This document shows positions 1-6,872 of a DNA stretch of 41,503 nucleotides, piece after piece; position 1 is the first letter of the stretch, and each line of letters starts with the position of its first letter. The notes under the pieces were generated by a model that had not been told where the DNA came from, searched no databases, and worked only from the letters and a program-made list of their open reading frames with translations. The stretch covers positions 1-41,503 of IMG/VR virus record IMGVR_UViG_3300029811_000005; one strand, 5' to 3'. A program made the translations under genes and the position numbers. The DNA is from a virus.

Positions 1-141
1 ATCCGTGAACTCCACGCCTCTTTTTATATTGAAGCTCCATTGCATATTGTTAGGATTGACAGTGTCTTTTACTGGCTCTTTTACATAGAGGAGCTTTAAT
101 TTGTGTTCGCTTATGCTTATATATAAAATAGCCCGCTTGGA
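1..141. repeat. Terminal direct repeat, copy 1 (exact duplicate of 41363-41503)
   Basis: Read directly. The first 141 nt (atccgtgaactccacgcc...gcccgcttgga) recur exactly as the last 141 nt. The repeat lies inside an open reading frame, so it looks like a circular-assembly overlap rather than a biological end. Confidence 0.95.
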
Positions 142-1020
142 GCTGAACGCTCCACCATAAGCCAAGTCTCTCTCAATATACTTCTTCACCCCTTTAACAA
201 AGATGGTAGAACCAGGCGGTTTCTGTAATCCGATAACAGCTACCCCGTTCTTCTTCTTGCGGAATATGCCCTCTATCTCATCACCTACCCTTAAAGTCTC
301 AGAGCCAACATCCATATAATCAATAACGCTAATATGGTTTTCGTTAATTACATCGGCAAAGTTGTCATATCTCTGATAAGTCTTGAATGGAGGTGGGTTG
401 GGTATATCAATCCCAAAGTTATCAAACTTCCTCTTTAACTGCTCTCTGCCAGTCTCCGAATTAAAAAGGTCAACCAGAAAGTCATACATATTCAGTATTA
501 CCACATTAAGCAGAAACGCCGTCTTCCCTTGATTCTTACCACCTGCCACAATTACGATTGACTTCGGATATATCTTGGCATATTCTTCTAGCCCAAAAGG
601 GAACTTCAATTTCACGGGCGCATCGCTTGCCGCTTGCCAATCCACCTCCTCTGTTTCAGTCTCTAGTTTCCTATACCAGCCAGCCCCTTTCTGTGGAACT
701 CTCTTGATAACACCACCATCAACAAGCCTACCTAAAGCCTGATTACAGGTTTTTTTTGACATTCTTGTAGACAAATGTAGATACGAGTAGACATTAGTAG
801 ACGAAATGTCGCCGTTTGTAGACATCAAATACTCCGCTGTTTCCTCTGCTATGTTTCTAGTTGGGTCAGCTTTGAAGATAAGCTCGGTTCTCGCTAAAGC
901 CTGCTCAATATCCTTGATGAAGCCGTTACCCATAGCTAAAGCCTTCACGAAATCCTTCACTTCACCTATGCTATATCCAAGAGCTTTCTGCCCCTTCACA
1001 AACTTCTTTAAATCAAACAT
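1..1020 (-). CDS. P-loop (RecA/DnaB-like) ATPase with N-terminal winged-helix-like segment; putative replicative helicase/initiator. N-terminal 340 codons; the ORF runs off the window start and continues at 41362.
   Basis: ATG at 1020-1018 with an in-frame stop immediately upstream (1021-1023). I checked every triplet down to nt 1 and found no stop. Walker-A-like VAGGKNQGKTAF followed by a hydrophobic-D strand (ISVIDYMD). It is absent from the ORF track because it has no stop inside this end of the window. Confidence 0.6.
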   Translation of the reverse strand, partial: MFDLKKFVKGQKALGYSIGEVKDFVKALAMGNGFIKDIEQALARTELIFKADPTRNIAEETAEYLMSTNGDISSTNVYSYLHLSTRMSKKTCNQALGRLVDGGVIKRVPQKGAGWYRKLETETEEVDWQAASDAPVKLKFPFGLEEYAKIYPKSIVIVAGGKNQGKTAFLLNVVILNMYDFLVDLFNSETGREQLKRKFDNFGIDIPNPPPFKTYQRYDNFADVINENHISVIDYMDVGSETLRVGDEIEGIFRKKKNGVAVIGLQKPPGSTIFVKGVKKYIERDLAYGGAFSSKRAILYISISEHKLKLLYVKEPVKDTVNPNNMQWSFNIKRGVEFTD

Positions 1021-1103
1021 CTACATCTTTCTTATATATATAAAGATAAAGAATCCCCCCACCCCCCAATAAGAGACTGTTTTGTATATACCAACCTAGT
1101 CTC

Positions 1104-1283
1104 TTAACCACCCTTACTCTCTTTAAGAATCTTTAATAGTTCTCTAAAAGACTGGTCTATATCTTTGAGAGCATCCCGAATATCCATTATGGCTATTCTT
1201 TGAGTGTCATCTTCTAACAACTCATTTAAAGAAGTATCAACCTGATAAGCCTCTCGGTCTTGGTCTTGTGTGCCAACAATCAT
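1104..1283 (-). CDS. Hypothetical small acidic protein (59 aa; MIVGTQDQDREAYQVD...)
   Basis: ATG at 1283 preceded by AGGAGGG. I checked all triplets and the frame is open to TAA at 1106-1104. It falls below the 60-aa cut-off of the ORF track. Confidence 0.5.
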   Translation of the reverse strand: MIVGTQDQDREAYQVDTSLNELLEDDTQRIAIMDIRDALKDIDQSFRELLKILKESKGG

Positions 1284-1348
1284 CTATACCCTCCTATACA
1301 AAAAGAGAGGTCCACCCCCTTTCTGATAAACCTCGGATTTAATGCTAC

Positions 1349-2116
1349 TCACTCAGGCATCTCCTGCCTTACTGTGTATCCTAGTAGCGGTTTTAGATTG
1401 TCTTTCACAAAGATAGGGATTCGGTATCTATCAAAGAGGTAAACCAAATTATCAACCCATTTCTTTTCGGGTGGCTTATAAGGTTTTGTTTGTGCTCCGA
1501 GAATAGCCCAGTCTAATCCAGCTATGGGTTTCTCAAAGAAAGCTATTCTACCGAGTATTGGCTCAAAGCTAATATACTTTACTTTAGCCTGTATTTGGTC
1601 AAGGTAAATCATAGCTCTTTGATACATTTCCCCATCGGTAGCAGTCACGCCCACCCAGCAATTCTCAGGGAAGGGTGAAAACTTAGGCAAGTTCTGTGGC
1701 TGCTTGGTGAGGAGATAGAAGCGACATTTAGGATAGCACTTTATATATTCAAAGACTTTTTCTTGCCATTCTTTAGGAATCCAGTCGCCGAATAATTCGC
1801 CCATATCACAAACAAAGATACCTCTTGATGCTTGCCACCTTAAATCTAGCCACCTATTAGCCCAGAAACGAGGATAGAAGGGATCGCAGAGAGCCTCCTT
1901 AACATCTAGGGCAGATTTAAGCGATTCTGCTGGTGGAGAGAGTTTGAGTTTAATAGCTACATTGTCATTAGCCAAATACCTCTGCTTCAACCGCCCATTA
2001 GCCAGCTTCCTTGCGTAACAGTAAGGGCAACCGTTTAAGCAACCTGTGATAGGATTCCAAGTATAGCCCTGTGTGCCATCGGGATTCTTTACCCACTCAA
2101 TTAAGGTTTTTTGCAT
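1349..2116 (-). CDS. Phage Gp37/Gp68 (DUF5131) family protein with radical-SAM-like Cys triad
   Basis: N-terminus MQKTLIEWV..TWNPITGCLNGCPYCYA is typical of DUF5131 and contains C-x3-C-x2-C. The track start at 2155 is TTG. ATG at 2116 has a GGGGGA SD and overlaps the upstream stop by 1 nt (TAATG). Confidence 0.7.
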   Translation of the reverse strand: MQKTLIEWVKNPDGTQGYTWNPITGCLNGCPYCYARKLANGRLKQRYLANDNVAIKLKLSPPAESLKSALDVKEALCDPFYPRFWANRWLDLRWQASRGIFVCDMGELFGDWIPKEWQEKVFEYIKCYPKCRFYLLTKQPQNLPKFSPFPENCWVGVTATDGEMYQRAMIYLDQIQAKVKYISFEPILGRIAFFEKPIAGLDWAILGAQTKPYKPPEKKWVDNLVYLFDRYRIPIFVKDNLKPLLGYTVRQEMPE

Positions 2117-2364
2117 TACTCTATCCCCCACTCTTTGAGCTTGGCTTGCCAACAATCAGGACAATCTCTTTTCTTATAGTGTTTTGTATGCTTGGTTATT
2201 CCGTGTGGGCAAGGTTCCTCTCCCCAATCCACCACTTCCTTTCTGCCTTTTTGTTCCCCCGCATTATGAGCGTTAATAATAAGCTCCCTCACCTGATTAA
2301 GTATCTTCATTATCGGTCTTACTTGGCTTGTTGTTTTCACTTCCATAGTGCTGTAATCATCCAT
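2116..2364 (-). CDS. Hypothetical protein with C-terminal Cys/His cluster (CPHG...CPDC)
   Basis: ORF track 2116-2367. ATG at 2364 overlaps the upstream TGA (ATGA-type junction). SD is AGAGGTGA. Confidence 0.6.
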   Translation of the reverse strand: MDDYSTMEVKTTSQVRPIMKILNQVRELIINAHNAGEQKGRKEVVDWGEEPCPHGITKHTKHYKKRDCPDCWQAKLKEWGIE

Positions 2365-3050
2365 CACTTCACCTCTTTATCCATTACCTCAATAAGATGG
2401 TTCGCCTGGTCTTTGGTTAGCTCAGCGATTTTCTCTACATTCCAGCCCCATTCTCTAATAAGCTGTTTACTCCGTCTAGGTAGTTTCTCTTGAAGTTCCT
2501 TTAGCCTTTCCTTTTGCTCAGTGGTGATTGAACTATGTTGAGTTAATCGGATTGAACCCTCTGGCACTGACGATTCAATTTCCTCTCCCTTCACAGGAGA
2601 GGGTTTATCCTCAGTATCTTTTACTGCGGTTGCAGTAGGTTTTACTTCATTGTGGAGCCAGTTATAAAACTCAGTTGCTTGGCTAGGAATGTCCTTGACT
2701 GGTATAATCCCGGCTACCGCTAGGTCTTTGGCATAAGATAGGGCAAAACTTCGGCGGCTTAGTTCTAATTCCTCCGGGGATTTGCCTCGATAACCACCAC
2801 CTTGCCCTTGTGCCTTCACCGATTGCCCATTCACGAAGATGTCTATGACTTTGCGGTTAGTCCAGCTTTCCCCTTCTTTTGTTTCAACCTCAGCGTCTAT
2901 CTCTGTGTTCAGTTTGATATAAGGGAAGAGTGATTTAGAAAATACGCTGTATTTCTTACCGTCGGCATAGAACTCCTGCAAAGGTATGTTCTTATCACCG
3001 ATTGTTCTTGGTTCTAGGACTCCTGTGATTGTTAGCTTCTCTCTAGCCAT
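2364..3050 (-). CDS. Hypothetical early protein (228 aa); function unassigned (ssDNA binding is speculation only)
   Basis: ORF track 2364-3053 (TTG). ATG at 3050 has a GAGAGGTGA SD 6 nt upstream. It has a Gly-rich linker (QGQGGGYRGK) and a basic/acidic C-terminus. The speculation rests on position only; I recognise no motif. Confidence 0.55.
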   Translation of the reverse strand: MAREKLTITGVLEPRTIGDKNIPLQEFYADGKKYSVFSKSLFPYIKLNTEIDAEVETKEGESWTNRKVIDIFVNGQSVKAQGQGGGYRGKSPEELELSRRSFALSYAKDLAVAGIIPVKDIPSQATEFYNWLHNEVKPTATAVKDTEDKPSPVKGEEIESSVPEGSIRLTQHSSITTEQKERLKELQEKLPRRSKQLIREWGWNVEKIAELTKDQANHLIEVMDKEVK

Positions 3051-3056
3051 CAATCA

Positions 3057-3263
3057 TCACCTCTCAAAATCACTCCAGTCCAAGTTTGCTCTACCATCTT
3101 CTTGCCCCGCTCCAAAGCCATCAGCAAAGCCTATGTCGTAGCACACGCTCATAATATGATGGATGTTCTTTGTCTTTAACCATCTTACATCGGTGACTTC
3201 CTCAATCCGCTGGATATTCTTAACCATTTTCTTTTCTATGGCTTCATCCATTGCTGTTGCCAT
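3057..3263 (-). CDS. Hypothetical protein (68 aa)
   Basis: ORF track; AAGGAGGT SD upstream of the ATG. Confidence 0.6.
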   Translation of the reverse strand: MATAMDEAIEKKMVKNIQRIEEVTDVRWLKTKNIHHIMSVCYDIGFADGFGAGQEDGRANLDWSDFER

Positions 3264-3286
3264 CCTTTACCTCCTTTCTAACTGCC

Positions 3287-3472
3287 TTACCATTGCCCAA
3301 GGCGAAGTCGCTCCTCTAATATAGTGCGTGCTTCTTCTAAGATGTCTTTATTTATCTCTGCTTCGAGTGTCTCAAAAAAGTAACTAACCCAAGAGGCTCG
3401 CTGGTCAGGGTCTAGTGAGCAAATTCCTGCCACTGCCTCGTTAAGAGATTCCGCTAATTCTCTATAAGTCAT
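3287..3472 (-). CDS. Hypothetical acidic protein (61 aa from MTYRELAE...)
   Basis: ORF track 3287-3505, but AAGGAGG sits 8 nt before the internal ATG at 3472. Confidence 0.55.
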   Translation of the reverse strand: MTYRELAESLNEAVAGICSLDPDQRASWVSYFFETLEAEINKDILEEARTILEERLRLGQW

Positions 3473-3567
3473 TGATATTTCCTCCTTAATTGCCCCATCA
3501 GGCATCCGATAGTCCTACCGCCTGCTAATAGTGCCAGGCTACGAAGTGCCTCTAGTATCTGTGCCAT
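3469..3567 (-). CDS. Possible 32-aa ORF (MAQILEALRSLALLAGG...)
   Basis: Its TGA overlaps the ATG at 3472 (ATGA). No clear SD. Below the track threshold. Confidence 0.3.
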   Translation of the reverse strand: MAQILEALRSLALLAGGRTIGCLMGQLRRKYQ

Positions 3568-3580
3568 ATTGCCGCACACT

Positions 3581-3859
3581 CTAAGCAACAACACTGGCTA
3601 CCTCTTTGCTGGGTTCTACAACACCCATTTCCCTTGCTGTCTTAGCCTTTGCTGCTGCCTCGATGATAGCCCAAGCGAGATTTGCCATTGCTTCGGGGGT
3701 CATAGAATACAAAGTGAAATCTCCACCTTCCTTGTAGCCGTTGATGCTCACGCTAGCCTGACCATCAAAGTCAAACCCTAGCGAATACTCGTTTGGTTCT
3801 CGCCCCTCAATGACCTTTACCTTGATTTCCTTCCCTAGCATATTCTGTACTGTTTCCAT
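3581..3859 (-). CDS. Hypothetical protein (92 aa)
   Basis: ORF track; AAGGAGGG SD 4 nt before the ATG. Confidence 0.65.
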   Translation of the reverse strand: METVQNMLGKEIKVKVIEGREPNEYSLGFDFDGQASVSINGYKEGGDFTLYSMTPEAMANLAWAIIEAAAKAKTAREMGVVEPSKEVASVVA

Positions 3860-3993
3860 TTTCCCTCCTTTTAGCTGGTTAGTAGTCTGAGAGGGCTGTT
3901 TCAGCTCGGCTCCTAATCTACTACTTGATTGCCTTCAGCCCTGTCGTTACCTTCAGGGTAGCCAGCCTTTTTAAATTCAAATTGGCCTCGACC

Positions 3994-4830
3994 TTAGCCA
4001 TTGGTCACCTTCATTAGTTGCGCTGGACTGTATTTCTCGTGCTTTCGCTTAATATCCTCTATTGCCAGGGAGGTATATTTCTCGGTTGTCTTGATGTTTG
4101 AATGTCCTAAAATAAGCTGGAGAGACCTTAAATCACCGCCCATTGCTACCCATTGTCTACCGAAGGTATGCCTTAATCTGTGTGGTCCTAGTTTCGGCCC
4201 CACGATCCCTATTCTTATCAAGGCACGGCTTACTATCCGATAAACTCCGCTTCGAGTTAGCTTCCCTTTATGCCCGTGGAATACAAAACCGTCTTTATGG
4301 TTAAGCTGTCTGAGTAATAAATCGGCAACAAACTCACTGATTGGAATTACCCGCTGCCCTGTCTTCCCTGTTACAGTGATGCAGTTGATGCTGAGTTTTA
4401 TATCCTGGAATCTGAGATTGGCGGCTTCCGATGCCCTGATCCCCGTATCAAGTAACAGGCAGAGTAGGGTGGAATCCCGCTGGTTAGAAGTGAATAAATC
4501 CAGCAAGCTAATCTCGTTGACTTCTAAGGTGGGCATAATCTTAGGTTTGAGTTTAGGGGGTGAAACATTACTCATAGGATTGGTTACCCCATACCGTTTT
4601 TCGTGGAAGTTATAAAATGCCCGATAAGTGCGGAAGTAAGAATGCTTTGTTTCCTGCGTGCCATCAATAAACGCAATAATTGCCTCTATGGCGGCAGGAT
4701 TCGTGATGAGCTTGTCGGAAAACTCCAACAAACGAGATAGTTGTTGTTGATACTGCTGAACCGTGCTAACCGCCAAACCACCCAATTGACGATTAGTCAC
4801 GAACATCTGAATTGCCTCCAGTGTTTTCAT
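3994..4830 (-). CDS. int: Tyrosine recombinase / phage integrase (XerC/D-like)
   Basis: Catalytic signature read in the translation: ..DTGIRASEAANL.. (Arg), HRLRHTFG (H-x-x-R), LGHSNIKTTEKYTS (His...Tyr nucleophile). An N-terminal SAM-like core-binding domain is also present. Confidence 0.9.
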   Translation of the reverse strand: MKTLEAIQMFVTNRQLGGLAVSTVQQYQQQLSRLLEFSDKLITNPAAIEAIIAFIDGTQETKHSYFRTYRAFYNFHEKRYGVTNPMSNVSPPKLKPKIMPTLEVNEISLLDLFTSNQRDSTLLCLLLDTGIRASEAANLRFQDIKLSINCITVTGKTGQRVIPISEFVADLLLRQLNHKDGFVFHGHKGKLTRSGVYRIVSRALIRIGIVGPKLGPHRLRHTFGRQWVAMGGDLRSLQLILGHSNIKTTEKYTSLAIEDIKRKHEKYSPAQLMKVTNG

Positions 4831-5503
4831 TAGAATACCCCTCCTTCGGGGTAAATTGTAGAACGGATGTGTTAGAAGTATCTAGGCGATTTTGTCGTTT
4901 AAACTCAATCACCCAAACCCAAGGATTAGCCTCCCAGCCATAGCCTCTCTTGGCATTGAGGGAATCCCAGTATTCGGCAAAGTGGATGATTCCACCATAA
5001 TAGCTGTGGTTTTTGGTATCACACGCAGAACAACCTTGTTCGTATCCTGCTAAAGCAAAGCCTTCCTTTTCAGCATCGGGTAGTGTTATCACCTGCAACC
5101 TCTCAACCCCCAACCCAGTAATCTCAAGCCATATCTCTGCCTCTGCTTTCTTCCAGATAAACTTCCCCTGCTTACTTCTTCTTACCCAAAGCCTTAAGCC
5201 TACTTGACCGTAGGGGCATTGTTTAACTAACCGTTTGAAGAAATCATCCTCACCTTCCCAATTTTGATACAGTCTTTTCCAGAACCAACCGTAAGAAGGG
5301 TGTTCAGAAGTAGCATTCCAAGCACCTTTGAATGGCTGTGGCTTAATAACACGCCTTGTCTGTGTCTTCCTGCCATCAAGAATAGCTTGAATAGATTCAG
5401 AAGAGAAGATTATCGGGCGTTCTTTGAAGAGAACCTGATTAAAAGTCAGGTGCTCTTCGCAAACTGAGCTAACGGCCCGGTTTTTACTTTTTGAGTGATT
5501 CAA
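4793..5503 (-). CDS. ASCH/PUA-like domain protein
   Basis: IQAILDGRKTQTRRV motif near the N-terminus is typical of ASCH domains. TTG start with an AGGGAG SD 7 nt upstream. Confidence 0.6.
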   Translation of the reverse strand: MNHSKSKNRAVSSVCEEHLTFNQVLFKERPIIFSSESIQAILDGRKTQTRRVIKPQPFKGAWNATSEHPSYGWFWKRLYQNWEGEDDFFKRLVKQCPYGQVGLRLWVRRSKQGKFIWKKAEAEIWLEITGLGVERLQVITLPDAEKEGFALAGYEQGCSACDTKNHSYYGGIIHFAEYWDSLNAKRGYGWEANPWVWVIEFKRQNRLDTSNTSVLQFTPKEGYSNENTGGNSDVRD

Positions 5504-5693
5504 GCGAAGACTCCCTTACCAAAAGTTTACCGTATCTCCTATCAACCTGCAACTTCCCCACCTTGATGTCATAATAAACTGCCTTTTCCGACTTGTCAAG
5601 GAGTTTAGCTACCTGCTTTACCGTTAGAAGTTTTCCACCATCTTCACTACGCTTGGTTAAGAATTTTGTCCAAATGTCTTTGATTTTTCTCAT
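5484..5693 (-). CDS. Small helix-turn-helix DNA-binding protein (Xis/AlpA/Cro-like), first gene of the leftward operon
   Basis: LLTVKQVAKLLDKSEKAVYYDIKVGKL is an HTH pattern. The ATG lies 6 nt after a -10 hexamer, which suggests a leaderless transcript. Confidence 0.65.
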   Translation of the reverse strand: MRKIKDIWTKFLTKRSEDGGKLLTVKQVAKLLDKSEKAVYYDIKVGKLQVDRRYGKLLVRESSLESLKK

Positions 5694-5699
5694 AGCTAA

Positions 5700-5728
5700 A
5701 TTCTAAAACTTTTAGAAAACTTTGTCAA
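5700..5728 (-). promoter_or_regulatory. Leftward sigma70-like promoter: TTGACA (5728-5723), 17-nt spacer, TAGAAT (5705-5700)
   Basis: Hexamers read on the minus strand. Only 6 nt (ttagct) separate the -10 from the ATG at 5693, so the predicted transcript is leaderless. Confidence 0.6.
5701..5717. promoter_or_regulatory. Perfect 17-bp palindrome TTCTAAAA-c-TTTTAGAA; candidate operator
   Basis: Read directly. It overlaps the -10 and spacer of the leftward promoter. Confidence 0.55.
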
Positions 5729-5743
5729 GTGCCAGCTATAAAC

Positions 5744-5773
5744 TTGACATTTTTAATGGGGGTATGTTAGAAT
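5744..5773 (+). promoter_or_regulatory. Rightward sigma70-like promoter: TTGACA (5744-5749), 18-nt spacer, TAGAAT (5768-5773)
   Basis: It uses the same two hexamers as the leftward promoter, arranged back to back 15 nt apart. Confidence 0.6.
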
Positions 5774-5791
5774 TTTCTCAAGCACCTTAAA

Positions 5792-5806
5792 AATTGAATA
5801 GGGAAG
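5792..5806. repeat. Left arm of a 15-bp perfect inverted repeat (AATTGAATAGGGAAG)
   Basis: Its reverse complement occurs at 6242-6256. It lies in the predicted 5' UTR of the + strand gene. Confidence 0.85.
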
Positions 5807-5823
5807 GCAAAGGATGGTAACAG

Positions 5824-6231
5824 ATGACTGAACATACTCGGGAAGACGAGGCAAACAATGAGGCGAATAATCGCCAAGTTCAGCCTCAGTTATTAACCAA
5901 GACAGGTGAGGTAAAGCGTAGTTTTGACTTTCTAATTACCACTCCAGGGATGCTAAGGAAGGGAGTAGCAAGGCATGGGGATGGACTCCGAGGCTTTGTT
6001 GATTACAACTTAAAGCTCTTTAGGAGTGATGATAGAAAGTGGGCGTTATACCTTGAATGGGTAGACTTGGATGGTGATGGGCACAGGATTGTATTACCCC
6101 ATGAAGTAGTGAATGGGATGTTGCAAAGAGCGAACTCAATCATTGCACAGTCAAGGAAAGAGCGAGCTCAACGGGGTGCTGAAACCCGAAGGCGAAAGCA
6201 GAATCAAACGCTGGAGTCAAAGGTAGAGTAA
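5824..6231 (+). CDS. Hypothetical protein (135 aa), the only rightward gene of the switch region; candidate immunity/regulatory protein
   Basis: ORF track, own promoter. It has a basic C-terminus (RKERAQRGAETRRRKQ). I recognise no HTH, so the function is inferred from position only. Confidence 0.6.
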   Translation: MTEHTREDEANNEANNRQVQPQLLTKTGEVKRSFDFLITTPGMLRKGVARHGDGLRGFVDYNLKLFRSDDRKWALYLEWVDLDGDGHRIVLPHEVVNGMLQRANSIIAQSRKERAQRGAETRRRKQNQTLESKVE

Positions 6232-6241
6232 ATAAATCTGT

Positions 6242-6256
6242 CTTCCCTATTCAATT
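6242..6256. repeat. Right arm of the 15-bp inverted repeat (CTTCCCTATTCAATT)
   Basis: Exact reverse complement of 5792-5806, starting 11 nt after the stop codon. Confidence 0.85.
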
Positions 6257-6257
6257 C

Positions 6258-6290
6258 TTTTCGGCAAGTTTTCGGCAGTTTCTCGGCATA
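6258..6290 (+). repeat. Three tandem 11-bp units containing TCGGCA (6261, 6272, 6283); a fourth copy is inverted at 6312-6318 (TTGCCGA)
   Basis: Read directly: ttttcggcaag ttttcggcagt ttctcggcata. The 11-bp phasing equals one helical turn. Confidence 0.8.
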
Positions 6291-6423
6291 TAAACAAAGA
6301 AAAAGCCCCCGTTGCCGAGGGCTAAATTGCTCAAAATATCGGTTATATACTCCATCCTTGATACTTTACTAGTGGAGAGGGCTAAACGCCCTAATTTTAA
6401 CGAATTCTAAGGGGAAGTTGGCA

Positions 6424-6708
6424 TTATAATTCTACCTTAGATGTTCTACCCTGCTTGGCGTCGGCTAATCCTCTCTGGATTGATGCCATTGCCTCGTTCT
6501 CAGGCACTTCGCTCTTGTAAGGGTCAGGCAGTTTCTTCTTGCGTGGAGCGGGTGTATCCATTTTGCGGATTCCCTCTAACAAACAACCACGACACAGAAC
6601 AATCTGCATCCCTGAGAATAATTTGTATATCGCTACCTTTCTATCCAGCTTCTTACAGTAATCACAGAGTCCTTTATTGCGAGTATAAAGTTCTGTTTCG
6701 TTTCTCAT
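6424..6708 (-). CDS. Hypothetical Zn-ribbon-like protein (CDYC...CRGC), last gene of the late operon
   Basis: ORF track. The start overlaps the upstream stop (TAATG). Confidence 0.6.
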   Translation of the reverse strand: MRNETELYTRNKGLCDYCKKLDRKVAIYKLFSGMQIVLCRGCLLEGIRKMDTPAPRKKKLPDPYKSEVPENEAMASIQRGLADAKQGRTSKVEL

Positions 6709-6872
6709 TAGCTTGTCATACCTATTACAAATAAGATAATCCCTAGCAACGCCATAATCACCCAGATTTTTGTGTCCATATGGCGTAGCCTATTATTGAC
6801 CATTTCCTTAAACTCCCGCCGATAATCGTCAAATTCCTCTATCGTTAAATATTTTCTAGGACGTCCTCTCAT
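6708..6872 (-). CDS. Small tail-anchored membrane protein (54 aa; MRGRPRKY...IWVIMALLGIILFVIGMTS)
   Basis: The internal ATG at 6872 overlaps the TGA of the upstream gene (ATGA). One C-terminal hydrophobic helix. Possible lysis accessory (inference only). Confidence 0.5.
   Translation of the reverse strand: MRGRPRKYLTIEEFDDYRREFKEMVNNRLRHMDTKIWVIMALLGIILFVIGMTS

Noticed and set aside
1-141. 141-bp terminal repeat as genuine direct terminal repeats (T7-like packaging ends)
   Set aside because: The repeat cuts through an intact ORF, and its length equals a common assembler k-mer. A circular or permuted genome is the simpler reading.
3863-3975. Collinear short matches between the int-proximal gap and 34381-34500 (TGGCTACCC, AGGGCnGA, GTAGTA...CTACTAnCCA), suggesting a duplicated RNA element
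   Set aside because: The longest exact block is 9 nt, for which I estimate a chance expectation of about 0.2 between these two regions. The spacings differ. This is too weak without an alignment statistic, but worth a formal local alignment.
5792-6256. Inverted-repeat-bounded 465-bp segment as a miniature transposable element
   Set aside because: There is no target-site duplication flanking the arms and no transposase. The content is a single phage-type gene with its SD. An operator or inversion-site interpretation fits better.
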